Below are positions 22,836-36,299 of a DNA stretch of 64,000 bases, piece after piece (the first letter of the stretch is position 1; each line of letters opens with the position of its first letter). The notes below the pieces were generated by a model. It worked only from the letters and a program-made list of their open reading frames with translations. It was not told the origin of the DNA and did no database searches. This DNA comes from Macrostomum lignano (lineage: Eukaryota): the NCBI GenBank assembly GCA_002269645.1, contig NIVC01000037.1, forward strand, positions 1,054,001-1,118,000, read 5' to 3'. The position numbers and the translations under genes are program-made.

Positions 22836-23249
22836 ATGATTGCTAAAATTTACCTGAAAGTTGTATCTTAAATTATGTGCCAAAAGGGATTTAACTCCTT
22901 TTAACAGCAATTTGTAATGTTGATCTTATCATTTGAAAGCACATTATTCAGAGTGTGGCACTTTTTTCGTTGTTTTTTATCGTTATGCATTCATTACATG
23001 CTACTTTTGTGCAACTAAGTTAGTAGAGCGTTTGTGTCATGCACCATATTTCATTGATTTATATTCTATAAACTTGTTAGCTTGGTATGGTAAAATCATC
23101 GATTTAATCCATAGCTATTTGGCGTAACTCGGTGACAGAAAATTTTCAAGAGTTAAAATTTCAGTTTTCTGACTTTATTTACTGTAGGGCTAATTCAGAT
23201 TAGAAATTCACATCAAAGCACAAAGTTCTTCAGGTTGGTCGATGTTCTA

Positions 23250-26200
23250 GTTTGTGAAATGTCTAGTTTGTGAATTGTCCAGTTTGTGAAATGTCTAGTT
23301 TGTGAAATGTCTAGTTTGTGAAGTGTCTAGTTTGTGAATTGTCCAGTTTGTGAAGTGTCTAGTTTGTGAATTGTCTAGTTTGTGCAATATCTAGTTTGTG
23401 AAATGTCTAGTTTGTGAAATATCTAGTTTGTGAAATGTCTAGTCTGTGAAATGTCTAGTTTGTGAAATGTCTAGTTTGTGAAATGTCTAGTTTGTGAAGT
23501 GTCTAGTTTGTGAATTGTCCAGTTTGTGAAGTGTCTAGTTTGTGAATTGTCTAGTTTGTGAAGTGTCTAGTTTGTGAAGTGTCTAGTTTGGGAAGTGTCT
23601 AGTTTGTGAAATGTCTAGTTTGTGAATTGTCCAGTTTGTGAAATGTCTAGTTTGTGAAGTGTCTAGTTTGTAAAATGTCTAGTTTGTGAAATGTCTAGTT
23701 TGTGAAGTGTCTAGTTTGTGAAATGTCTAGTTTGTGAAGTGTCTAGTTTGTGAAGTGTCTAGTTTGTGAAGTGTCTAGTTTGTGAAATGTCTAGTTTGTG
23801 AAATGTCTAGTTTGTGAAGTGTCTAGTTTGTGAAGTGTCTAGTTTGTGAAATGTCTAGTTTGTGAAGTGTCTAGTTTGTGAAATGTCTAGTTTGTGAAGT
23901 GTCTAGTTTGTGAAGTGTCTAGTTTGTGAAGTGTCTAGTTTGTGAAATGTCTAGTTTGTGAAGTGTCTAGTTTGTGAAATGTCTAGTTTGTGAAGTGTCT
24001 AGTTTGTGAATTGTCCAGTTTGTGAAGTGTCTAGTTTGTGAATTGTCTAGTTTGTAAAATGTCTAGTTTGTGAAATGTCTAGTTTGTGAAGTGTCTAGTT
24101 TGTGAAATGTCTAGTTTGTGAAGTGTCTAGTTTGTGAAGTGTCTAGTTTGTGAAGTGTCTAGTTTGTGAAATGTCTAGTTTGTGAAATGTCTAGTTTGTG
24201 AAATGTCTAGTTTGTGAAATGTCTAGTTTGTAAAATGTCTAGTTTGTGAAATGTCTAGTTTGTGAAATGTCTAGTTTGTGAAATGTCTAGTTTGTGAAGT
24301 GTCTAGTTTGTGAAATGTCTAGTTTGTGAAATGTCTAGTTTGTGAAATGTCTAGTTTGTGAAATGTCTAGTTTGTGAAATGTCTAGTTTGTGAAATGTCT
24401 AGTTTGTGAAATGTCTAGTTTGTGAAGTGTCTAGTTTGTGAAATGTCTAGTTTGTGAAATGTCTAGTTTGTGAAATGTCTAGTTTGTGAAATGTCTAGTT
24501 TGTAAAATGTCTAGTTTGTGAAATGTCTAGTTTGTGAAATGTCTAGTTTGTGAAATGTCTAGTTTGTGAAATGTCTAGTTTGTGAAGTGTCTAGTTTGTG
24601 AAGTGTCTAGTTTGTGAAATGTCTAGTTTGTGAAGTGTCTAGTTTGTGAAGTGTCTAGTTTGTGAAGTGTCTAGTTTGTGAAGTGTCTAGTTTGTGAAAT
24701 GTCTAGTTTGTGAAGTGTCTAGTTTGTGAAGTGTCTAGTTTGTGAAATGTCTAGTTTGTGAAATATCCAGTTTGTGAAGTGTCTAGTTTGTGAAATGTCT
24801 AGTTTGTGAAGTGTCTAGTTTGTGAAATGTCTAGTTTGTGAAATATCTAGTTTGTGAAGTGTCTAGTTTTTGAAATGTCTAGTTTGTGAAGTGTCTAGTT
24901 TGTGAAATGTCTAGTTTGTGAAATGTCTAGTTTGTGAAATGTCTAGTTTGTGAAATGTCTAGTTTGTGAAGTGTCTAGTTTGTGAAATGTCTAGTTTGTG
25001 AAATGTCTAGTTTGTGAAATGTCTAGTTTGTGAAGTGTCTAGTTTGTGAAATGTCTAGTTTGTGAAATGTCTAGTTTGTGAAATGTCTAGTTTGTGAAAT
25101 GTCTAGTTTGTGAAATGTCTAGTTTGTAAAATGTCTAGTTTGTGAAATGTCTAGTTTGTGAAATGTCTAGTTTGTGAAATGTCTAGTTTGTGAAATGTCT
25201 AGTTTGTGAAGTGTCTAGTTTGTGAAGTGTCTAGTTTGTGAAATGTCTAGTTTGTGAAGTGTCTAGTTTGTGAAGTGTCTAGTTTGTGAAGTGTCTAGTT
25301 TGTGAAGTGTCTAGTTTGTGAAATGTCTAGTTTGTGAAGTGTCTAGTTTGTGAAGTGTCTAGTTTGTGAAATGTCTAGTTTGTGAAATATCCAGTTTGTG
25401 AAGTGTCTAGTTTGTGAAATGTCTAGTTTGTGAAGTGTCTAGTTTGTGAAATGTCTAGTTTGTGAAATATCTAGTTTGTGAAGTGTCTAGTTTTTGAAAT
25501 GTCTAGTTTGTGAAGTGTCTAGTTTGTGAAATGTCTAGTTTGTGAAGTGTCTAGTTTGTGAAGTGTCTAGTTTGTGAAATGTCTAGTTTGTGAAATGTCT
25601 AGTTTGTGAAATATCTAGTTTGTGAAGTGTCTAGTTTTTGAAATGTCTAGTTTGTGAAGTGTCTAGTTTGTGAAATGTCTAGTTTGTGAAGTGTCTAGTT
25701 TGTGAAATGTCTAGTTTGTGAAATATCTAGTTTGTGAAGTGTCTAGTTTTTGAAATGTCTAGTTTGTGAAGTGTCTAGTTTTTGAAATGTCTAGTTTGTG
25801 AAGTGTCTAGTTTGTGAAGTGTCTAGTTTGTGAAATGTCTAGTTTGTGAAATGTCTAGTTTGTGAAATATCTAGTTTGTGAAGTGTCTAGTTTTTGAAAT
25901 GTCTAGTTTGTGAAGTGTCTAGTTTGTGAAATGTCTAGTTTGTGAAGTGTCTAGTTTGTGAAATGTCTAGTTTGTGAAATATCTAGTTTGTGAAGTGTCT
26001 AGTTTGTGAAATGTCTAGTTTGTGAAGTGTCTAGTTTGTGAAATGTCTAGTTTGTGAAGTGTCTAGTTTGTGAAGTGTCTAGTTTGTGAAGTGTCTAGTT
26101 TGTGAAGTGTCTAGTTTGTGAAATGTCTAGTTTGTGAAATGTCTAGTTTGTGAAATGTCTAGTTTGTGAAATGTCTAGTTTGTGAAATGTCTAGTTTGTG

Positions 26201-27800
26201 AAATGTCTAGTTTGTGAAGTGTCTAGTTTGTGAATTGTCCAGTTTGTGAAGTGTCTAGTTTGTGAAATGTCTAGTTTGTGAAATGTCCAGTTTGTGAAAT
26301 GTCTAGTTTGTGAAGTGCCTAGTTTGTGAAGTGTCTAGTTTGTGAAGTGTCTAGTTTGTGAAGTGTCTAGTTTGTGAAATGTCTAGTTTGTGAAATGTCT
26401 AGTTTGTGAAATGTCTAGTTTGTGAAGTGTCTAGTTTGTGAAGTGTCTAGTTTGTGAAATGTCTAGTTTGTGAAATGTCTAGTTTGTGGAGTGTCTAGTT
26501 TGTGAAATGTCTAGTTTGTGAAGTGCCTAGTTTGTGAAGTGTCTAGTTTGTGAAGTGTCTAGTTTGTGAAGTGTCTAGTTTGTGAAGTGCCTAGTTTGTG
26601 AAATGTCTAGTTTGTGAAGTGTCTAGTCTGTGAAGTGTCTAGTTTGTGAAATATCTAGTTTGTGAAATGTCTAGTTTGTGAAATGTCTAGTTTGTGGAGT
26701 GTCTAGTTTGTGAAATGTCTAGTTTGTGAATTGTCCAGTTTGTGAAGTGTCTAGTTTGTGAAATGTCTAGTTTGTGAAGTGTCTAGTTTGTGAAATATCT
26801 AGTTTGTGAAATGTCTAGTTTGTGAAATGTCTAGTTTGTGGAGTGTCTAGTTGTGAAATGTCTAGTTTGTGAATTGTCCAGTTTGTGAAGTGTCTAGTTT
26901 GTGAAATGTCTAGTTTGTGAAGTGTCTAGTTTGTGAAATGTCTAGTTTGTGAAATGTCTAGTTTGTGAAATGCCTAGTTTGTGAAGTGTCTAGTTTGTGA
27001 AATATCTAGTTTGTGAAATGTCTAGTTTGTGAATTGTCCAGTTTGTGAAGTGTCTAGTTTGTGAAATGTCTAGTTTGTGAAGTGTCTAGTTTGTGAAATG
27101 TCTAGTTTGTGAAATGTCTAGTTTGTGAAATGCCTAGTTTGTGAAGTGTCTAGTTTGTGAAATGTCTAGTTTGTGAAATATCTAGTTTGTGAAATGTCTA
27201 GTTTGTGAATTGTCCAGTTTGTGAAGTGTCTAGTTTGTGAAATGTCTAGTTTGTGAAGTGTCTAGTTTGTGAAATATCTAGTTTGTGAAATGTCTAGTTT
27301 GTGAAATGTCTAGTTTGTGGAGTGTCTAGTTTGTGAAATGTCTAGTTTGTGAATTGTCCAGTTTGTGAAGTGTCTAGTTTGTGAAATGTCTAGTTTGTGA
27401 AGTGTCTAGTTTGTGAAATGTCTAGTTTGTGAAGTGTCTAGTTTGTGAAATGCCTAGTTTGTGGAGTGTCTAGTTTGTGAAATGTCTAGTTTGTGAATTG
27501 TCCAGTTTGTGAAGTGTCTAGTTTGTGAAATGTCTGGTTTGTGGAGTGTCTAGTTTGTGAAATGTCTAGTTTGTGGAGTGTCTAGTTTGTGGAGTGTCTA
27601 GTTTGTGGAGTGTCTAGTTTGTGAAGTGTCTAGTTTGTGGAGTGTCTAGTTTGTGAAGTGTCTAGTTTGTGAAATGTCTAGTTTGTGAAGTGTCTAGTTT
27701 GTGAAATGTCTAGTTTGTGAAATGCCTAGTCTGTGAAATGTCTAGTCTGTGAAATGTCTAGTTTGTGAAATGCCTAGTCTGTGAAATGTCTAGTTTGTGT
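23250..27800. repeat. 16-bp satellite (GTCTAGTTTGTGAAAT)n, about 4.5 kb
   Basis: Roughly 280 direct units with aaat/aagt/aatt variants. Confidence 0.98.
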
Positions 27801-27999
27801 AATATCGCGAGAAGGGATTTTCAGAAATTCCTTAAATTGCATGTACCTGGACGGTCTTGAATGATGTTAATTTCCAACTCTTGTTTTGGTCGAGCCTGAA
27901 GAAGGCATTTTTGCTAGGTCGAGACTGGAAGAGGTCCAGGGCCGACCGTGTGAAATTGAGAGCCTTTTATTTGGCTCTTCTTTTCTTTAACTACAGTAA

Positions 28000-30900
28000 A
28001 TGTGGCTGCAACTGCAGAAGGTATCCATTTACAGTGCCGGCGGCACATTTCTCACAGGTGAGTGAGTTGAGTAATTAGTTAATTTTTTAGCCATAAAATG
28101 TGATCTAATTGCGCGTACATTTGTAAGCCTATTATATTATCGACTTTTCCGAATTGGAATCGAGAAATCTGATATTTATTAGTGTACAAACAATGATGCG
28201 ATAATTAAGGCCTAGGCGAACAACTGAGATAACTAGCAGCAGTGTACAATTGTACATGGGCCCCGGAATGTACATTTGGGAGGCTCTGTATAGGTGAGTT
28301 CTCAGTCTATTATTAGTCCTCGCATTTTCTTCACTTCCTTTCCTTTATATGTTCGCTCGTATTAATATTATTCTCTCGCTTGTTGGGGCTACGCGAAGGA
28401 GTCGTTCCCGCGCCACGCAGTTTGCGGTCGGCACGTGAGCGCATGAAAATCTCTTTCCAAGCCAAAAGCCAGACGGCCACACCCAATAGCAGTTGGCGGA
28501 TTTGGAACTGCGTGCGAGCTGAGTCAGCTTTCTCTCTCTCTGTCAGGGAGGGCGGTTTGGCTGAGTAAATCGACACATGCGGTAACGTAATATATAAAGC
28601 TCGAATGTATTGAATTTTATGCTTTAACTCAGCCTTAGCGGAAACTCGAAGATTGTCCACTGGATTCGGCCCGTTTTTATTCATTAATTAGGAATTCTAT
28701 TGCGTCAATCGACCGGACCGGACCGGAAGTATAAGGTAAAATGCTGCACTATTGACTATTGAGTATTGTAGTTTCTTTGCGCATAACGATTAGGCTTTTT
28801 TACTCGAGGTAACTGATGAGAATAAAAGATGCCTATTAACGATAGACAGGCTAGACTAGCAATCCATTTTCAATGCCTATTAACCCATAGACAGGCTAGA
28901 CTAGCAATCCATTTTCAATGCCTATTAACCCATAGACAGGCTAGACTAGCAATCCATTTTCAATGCCTATTAACCCATAGACAGGCTAGACTAGCAATCC
29001 ATTTTCAATGCCTATTAACCCATAGACAGGCTAGACTAGCAATCCATGCGTAGATAGGAGACACAGGGTCCCGAACCTCGAGTAAATTTAATTTTTTTCA
29101 GTAAACTCCTAGCTATTAAATTTCTAGATATAGTGTATTGTGTACATGCTTCCATTGTTAGCACGTGTAGCGACCTAGGTGATCCCCAGACTGAACTGAC
29201 CGACCCCTTAGGGCCCTAGTCTGGTTTTGAACCTCCTAGACTGATGTGACCCCCAGACTGATGTGACCCCCAGACTGATGTGACCCCAGACTGATGTGAC
29301 CCCAGACTGATGTGACCCCCAGACTGATGTGACCCCCAGACTGATGTGACCCCCAGACTGATGTGACCCCCAGACTGATGTGACCCCCAGACTGATGTGA
29401 CCCCCAGACTGATGTGACCCCCAGACTGATGTGACCCCCAGACTGATGTGACCCCCAGACTGATGTGACCCCCAGACTGATGTGACCCCCAGACTGGTTT
29501 GACCAGCCAGAATGAGGCGTTGGCATTCGAGCCTTGCAATACAATATTATCAATAAAGCATTAAAAATGGCCTGAGCTCATGGCCTCTGACATCAGAGCA
29601 TGAATTATTAAAAAATTAGTTCGCTGCACAAAAAGCCCAGGTCTACCCCAGGGTCGAAGTCTCCATTAGCTCCACTTACAGCAGGAGCTATTAATTTGCA
29701 TATTTTTCATTCTCTATAGCATTCGCTTCTTCGCATAAGTGAACGAGTCTATAGTTGTCCTGGAAGTGCGGCTTGCTGATCCCAGGAGCCTGTCTGGGGC
29801 TATCGCTGTAGACAGACAAAATTTATTTTGCTAATTTGTATTGCTTCATTTTCAATATCTCTGCGTATAAGCAAGCAATTGAGCTGACAGAAAAATCTGC
29901 TTGGTCTGTTGCTGCATGGCGTGGAGTAGCTGGTAGCTAGCGGCGCTATTGGGTTGTTTTGGGTGTGTTTGCTGCGTTGCCTTGGCTGTGCTGCTAGTCA
30001 TGTAGCTTGTCTTTTGCTTGTTGGTGATGCTGTCTGTTCTGCTTGTTGTGTTGTTTTGGTGTTTTTTGTTTTGTTTGTGATTTTGTATCGTTGGATACGC
30101 TGTTTGTTTTGTTGTTTCTCCTGATGTGTTGTTAGTTGTGCTGTTTGTTTTGTTGTTTATACTGATGTGTTGTTAGTTGTGCTTTTGTTTTGTTGGTTAT
30201 GATGATGTGTTGTTAGTTGTGCTGTTTGTTTTGTTGGTTATGATGATGTGTTGTTAGTTGTGCTGTTTGTTTTGTTGGTTATGATGATGTATGGTTAGTT
30301 GTGCTGTTTGTTTTGTTGTTTATACTGATGTGTTGTTACTCGTAGTTGTGCTGTTTGTTTTGTTGTTTATACTGATGTGTTGTTAGTTTTGTTGTTTATA
30401 CTGGTATGTTGTTAGTTGTGATGTTTTTTTGGTTGTGCTGTAGCGTTGTCATGAGTTGTTTTTGATTTTTAAGTTTGATATAAAATACAAAAACTTTGCT
30501 AAGATTCAAACTCGCGACCTCTAGCCGTTCTGTCTGTCAAAACGCAACTATTTCAGACTCCAGCCTCTCCAAGTCAATGCGCCACAGCTCGATTCGTCAT
30601 CAGTCACAGACGTCGCCAGCCGCGGTAGCCGACGCCGCTGATAACTCTTGCGGCGACTCCGGCATCTCCGGAGCCTCCGGCTGCGCCTCGCCAACCCAGG
30701 GTCTTCGCTGCTCCCAGCAGCAGCAACAGCCGCTGCTCTCGGACGGCTGGCAGTTCCACGCCATGGCGATGTCAGCCATCAGCGAGCTGCCCTCGCCGCT
30801 GCCGACTTCAACGACGCCAAACTCCCCAACAACGGCGGCGTCGGCGGCGGCTACCGCTGCATCCTCGCGACTCACTCAGAGCGTCAGCTACGGGCGCGGC

Positions 30901-31124
30901 GCGTCGGCGCAGGCCCGGCGGCAGGCGCTGGCGCACAGCCTGGCTATGCTGAGCCACGAGACCCGCACCAAGCAGAAGGAGCTGGACAGGCGGGAGCTCG
31001 AGGTCCAGGAAGCCACGGCCAAGGCTACCGAGCAGGTGGGCTCGTGAACCGCTGCTCACATCCCATCTGTCTGACTGATCGCTCCCTCCGATCCCCTCTC
31101 TCCGACCCGCTCCCTCTGATCCCC

Positions 31125-31219
<95 letters not shown>

Positions 31220-33857
31220 ATATCAATATGTATCAAATGTATGTAATTATTATAACAAAGTTTGGAATATATTATTAGTATGTAACTACGAACAAACAGT
31301 TCACAAAATGTCACTTAACATCTTCCGAGCCATTGATGTATCTACGAGCTATCTAATTGCTGAAAAATTATCTTTTTGGTATCTTCGAGCCCAGCGCTTC
31401 GAAAACATATCCAGAGAGCGCGCGCATTTAATGTCGTGATGGAGTTGCTATGTAAAGAATATACTTAAGGTGAGAAGGTATTTAGCCAGAATTTAGCAAC
31501 AAAAAATTGAGACCTCATTTTATGTAGGCAATCTGCATTTTCAGCAACATTTTGGTCCAAATCCTTTCGCGCGAGTCTTTGACGCATGTCTCTTACAATA
31601 GCAATTGGAGAACCAAGTTTGGAAATGGCGAATAACTGCAGAGGGAAAAGCACACAATAAATTGGCTATTTGCGAAGACGTGCCAAGCAAGATAAAGTCG
31701 AAGCTTTATCGCCTGTTGCAGAAAGCCGGAGCATTAAGTCAGCAGCACGAGTACTCAATATAAACAGCTAATCTACGGATGAATGATTTATAGAGCGGCT
31801 TAGGTTTGAGACAAGCATTGTGCAAAGAGGATTTTTGTGACTTCCGTTGGCCTTGATTGGCTCTTGTATTTTACTGTGATGTTTCCGGCCTTTTCATTAT
31901 TCCCTTCTCAGTGCTTGCCTCCCCTTTCTTTCTTCCTGTCTGTCCCTCACTCTGTCGGCTTCTCTCTCTCTCTCCCCACCTACTCTCCCTGTCTCTAACA
32001 CCCTTTCTCTCTCCATCTGTCTCCCTCTCCCCCATTCTCTCTCCATCTGTCTCCCTCTCCCCCATTCTCTCTCCATCTGTCTCCCCCTCCCTCTCTCTCT
32101 CTCCAACTACCCTCTCACTGTCTCTAGCTCTCATTCTCTCTCTATCTGTCTCCCTCTCTCCGACATGATCACTGCTCCCTACGATTATATCCCCCATTCC
32201 CATCTTGAGCAGTACATTTCTCCAAGTCAAGCATACCTGTCCATTTTGAGCAACAATTGTAGAAACCAACATTGATTCAAACTCACTGATGAGCACCAAA
32301 GCGTGATCTACAATAATAACCTCCCTAACTGCCGTCGCAGATCGAGTATGTGCTCAAGATGTCGGACAAAGCGCACAAACTCGAGGACGAGAATGCTCAG
32401 CTACGCAGCCAGCTCGAACTGTGCAAATCAGAGATCAGCAATCTGCTAGACGAACTGCAGCAGCGGGAGGCCGAACTACAGGAGCGAGACGACTACTGCC
32501 AAGAGCTGCGGCAGCAGCTGGGCAGGTCGCAGCAGGACATCGCCCAGATACGGAGCTGCGCTGATCAGCTCAAGGTGCGCCTTAGGCAGCTGGCTCACAT
32601 ATAACTAACAATCTGTCTGATTCTCTGTGCTGCTCTGCCTGCAAGCTCACTGCTTTCCCCTACTGACTTCTCCTGACCCCTATTGCCTTCATTCCTGACC
32701 CCGACTGCTTTATCCTGACCCCTATAAATTTCTCCTGACCCCTATCAATCTATCCTGACCCAAATGGATTTTTCCTGACCCCTATCAATCTATCCTGACC
32801 CCTATCGATTTCTGCTGACCCCTATCGATTTCTCCTGATCCCTATCGATTTCTTCTGACCCCTATCGATTTGTCTTACCCATTTACGTTAATTTAAATGT
32901 AGACCTTTGCAAAACCCTGTAGAATCCTGAAACCCTATCAAACTCTCTGACCTTGAATTCATTAACACCTGACTCACACTGAGCCCATTCCTATTCCTCA
33001 CTAACCTTCTCTATTTTCCAAAGACATGCTATCGCCACTGACCACTTCTGACCTTGAAATGACCTGCCACTCACCCGCAATCGAATCAGGTGGAAAATTC
33101 AGTTTTAAACGACACCTGCCGAGCGGTTGAAGGCCTGCCGCGGTCGGACTCCGAGGAGGCCGAACTGGAGCAGCTCCGGCTGACCAATCAGAGGCTGCAG
33201 CGGCAGCTGGCGCAGGCGGATACTGAGACCTCCGGGCTGCTGGCTCAGATGCAGCAGCTCCAGCAGCAGCTTCAACAGCAGCAGCAGCAGCAACAGCAAG
33301 AGCGGCAGGCTTCTGCCGACCAAACAGGCGGCGACTCTCGCAGCAAGCGCGAATTGCTGCAGACAATCCGGCGCCTGGTTGAAGAGAAGATGGCCTGGGA
33401 GGCCTACTGCGCCAGGCTGCTGCGCCGGGCTGTGGAATGCGCGCCTCAGCTGCTGCTGGCCCGCCCAGATGGCCGCGACGACGAGCGCCGGATGGAATTG
33501 ACGGCGGAGAGCCGCTGGGAGGCCGCCTTCAGCGCGCTGTTCCGGACCGTCATGCAGAAGGACCCCCGCCTGGCCGACGGCCTCTCGCTGCCTTCGCCGT
33601 CTTCGCATCCGGTTTCTCCGCCCCCGCGCTGCTCGCTGCGGCCGCCTCGAGCGTCCACTTCCTCGTCAGCGTCGGCCGGCTCGTCTTCGTCAACTGCGGC
33701 GGCGACGACGACGACTCAGTCGGCATCGTCGTCGACTCGACGACTCCAGCCCAGGCCGATTTTGCCGCGGACGATGCGCTCCGCCAGGCAGCCCGCGCCC
33801 GCGCCAATGACGGCGCCGGGTCAATTGAAGCTGCAACCGGCCGGAAGCGTGATCTGA
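28000..33857 (+). CDS. Coiled-coil protein with C-terminal Rab11-FIP RBD-like motifs; exons 28000-28057 (tentative), 30557-31035, 32341-32574, 33090-33857 (512 aa)
   Basis: GT-AG junctions with matching phases (1,0,0); long heptad/Q-rich coiled coils. [38 protein letters not shown] resembles the FIP-RBD pattern (E-x-Y-x3-LL-x-R-x2-E-x2-P-x2-L). Gene existence is solid; family assignment is moderate; an alternative start is ATG 30577. Confidence 0.6.
28830..29047. repeat. 45-bp tandem repeat, about 4.7 units
   Basis: (ATGCCTATTAACCCATAGACAGGCTAGACTAGCAATCCATTTTCA)n. Confidence 0.95.
29237..29497. repeat. 16-17-bp minisatellite (CAGACTGATGTGACCCC)n
   Basis: Direct tandem units. Confidence 0.95.
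30090..30420. repeat. About 41-bp GT-rich minisatellite
   Basis: (GTTGTTTATACTGATGTGTTGTTAGTTGTGCTGTTTGTTTT)n. Confidence 0.85.
31125..31220. repeat. (CT)n microsatellite
   Basis: Direct inspection. Confidence 0.97.
32670..32875. repeat. 20-bp minisatellite (TCCTGACCCCTATCGATTTC)n, intronic
   Basis: Degenerate direct units. Confidence 0.8.
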
Positions 33858-34100
33858 CATCCGCGCGTCGACTTTCCTGACATTCCTGTTGTTGTCTGAC
33901 ATCCGCGCGTCGACTTTCCTGACATTCCTGTTGTTGTCTGACATCCGCGCGTCGACTTTCCTGACATTCCTGTTGTTGTCTGACATCCGCGCGTCGACTT
34001 TCCTGACATTCCTGTTGTTGTCTGACATCCGCGTGCAGACTTTCCTGACATTCCTGTTATTTTTCTGACATCCGCGCGTCGACTTTCCTGACATACTTGA
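33853..34100. repeat. 42-bp minisatellite starting at the stop codon of the coiled-coil gene
   Basis: (TCTGACATCCGCGCGTCGACTTTCCTGACATTCCTGTTGTTG)n, decaying into TCTGACA-rich sequence. Confidence 0.9.
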
Positions 34101-36299
34101 CTTGATGTTGTCTGACATACTTTGTGATACTGTCTGACACCATTTAGGATACATTCGGAATCCAGTTATTTCTGTCTAACATCTTACTGATGGTGTCTGA
34201 CATCGAAAATGTATTCTGACATGCTTTATGTTGTCTGACATCGTGAGATATATCGCATGCCTGACATTCTCCTACTGCCTTGTCTGTAATTGGCATCCAG
34301 TATGCCGTGCAGACTTACTGGCCAGATAATGTCTAGAACTTCTGACATATCACCCATCTCTGGCACGCCTTGACAAACGTTCGAAGGAACAATCCGCTTC
34401 CCAGTAGAAGTCGTGAGAACTATAGCGCTCTCTGCATTTTGATCGGGTTCTCCAGCTGAACTCACAAGTTTCTATATATATAATTTGCAATAGTCAGCTG
34501 TCTTATTGATTTTTTTCTATGGAAATTTGCCATATTCAACAATAATCCGAGAGTTCATTTAGTAAGGTTATATTAATGCTCAATAATTCTTGTATTGTAT
34601 TTTAATATACACAGCCTCCATTATTTTAATTCGTAACAGTTAATTTGTTATGATATGAAATTAAGTTTGTTATACAAGTAATTATATAGCAAAAACGCTT
34701 AGCGTATAAAATTATCATATAAAATATATGGAAAATATGCTGCCTGTTGAGAAGAAAAATGCGTACTTGAACTTTGTCGTTTACTGGATGCTGAATGATA
34801 GGCTGCAGAGGACTGAAACAGGCGTTTTCTCTGCGGCCCTTCCATTATTACTGTAGCAGTAGTAAGCCCAGCAACCCCAAGAGAGGATTTACCATAGACA
34901 GTCTCTCGGCGGGCGTCAACTGATTACCAGTAGAACTAAATCATCTGGTGCCATCTGCTGAAGGTGCCGGCAATTTCGGGGTTGATGTCGGAATGCTTGA
35001 GAGACTAGCTGAGAATGTCCAGCAGTTGAGGTTTGGTTCATCGTTTAAGCTTGATCAGTGAAGCTAGATAAATCCGCAATAAAGTGCCCATAGTGACCTA
35101 GTGCCACCTGTTGAAGGTCCAGAAGGTCTCCGCTCCGACTCGGGCCCTCGGTGAAGGCCAGTGACCAACGAAGTCAGAGCTGATGCAGACATGATTGACG
35201 TGCAGATGAAATTTGGAGGCTTGGCAAGGCTGCACTGAGGGGCAGTGCTGATTGGCGTACAGGGGCTGTATTGAATACACTGGCGCTTATGGGAAAAAAC
35301 TGACTTTCTAATAGAATCGTTGAATTATCTCGACTGCACAAAGGGCTGGCGACTTGATTCTTGTTTGAGAAGGTGTGCTTGAATTTCGTGTGCCTGCCTG
35401 CGTTGCTTCATTCCGGCGCAGCAAAAAATCTCTCCCCCCCCCTAGGTAGCTCGATGGTTAACTTTTTAACCCCTCCAGATTAAAGAAACAAAGGTTTCAG
35501 ATCATTACATACAAAAGCAATAATTCCCAATAGTTGAGTGTATATAAAATTGACAAGAATAAAAGTGACACTTCATAGTGCAGAGATAACATATATTTTA
35601 TGGATGGTATTATTGCATAGCATACAATGCGCACAAGGCTTGCTTGCACATAAATTTAACAAAATTAACACAGGAAATAAACAACTGAGTAAGCATTTAA
35701 AAGCAAGAGAAATCAAACTGAAAAAGGCGTTACAAAATACGCACGCTAGCAGCAAATACTACTAAATAGCAATACGAGTAGTTAGTAGTAAGAATTGAAG
35801 AAAAAACTGCGTGGCTGATAATGCAAAAAATTGGGAAGAAAACAAGCGATACAAAGGCTATTAGAGTGTTTATAACAACAAGAAAACCAGGTTAAACAAG
35901 AGCTCAGAGCCATCAAGTCTCAAGCCAGCCAAATGTCATCGGCACGGGAGAACCCATCACAGCTGAATGCAGTTATAGACTGGGCTCCGGCAGCTGTGCA
36001 TTTCGGTGAAAGCACCAAAGTGGCTAGTTTCAATGCAATATACAATTGATATAAACTAACATAAAAAAGCGATTGCTATAATAAACATCAGGATTGACTC
36101 AATCGCCACACACACAGCATGCGTTAAGAGTAAAATATAGTGCTTTTGTGTAAAAAGGAAGAACAAAAATAGCTTGACGTCATGCCGAAATTGTAAAACA
36201 TGCTGACAGAGCTTTGCGTGAATGATTGCCTGAGGCACCAGTGCTTATTCACGTATGGGATCACGATTCACACAGTAACAGAGTGACCACGGCAAGATT

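Noticed and set aside
28805-28830. CTGATGAG hammerhead core
   Set aside because: No stem II, GAAA or stem III arrangement follows.
29690-29835. Possible snRNA or H/ACA RNA (ATTTGCAT octamer, hairpins, ACA, AATTTATTTTG)
   Set aside because: No match to U1-U6, U11/U12 or SL sequences I can recall, no H box, and competing weak folds; needs an Rfam scan.
34800-35290. GC-richer segment that could be a minus-strand exon
   Set aside because: No recognisable motif or consistent splice partners.
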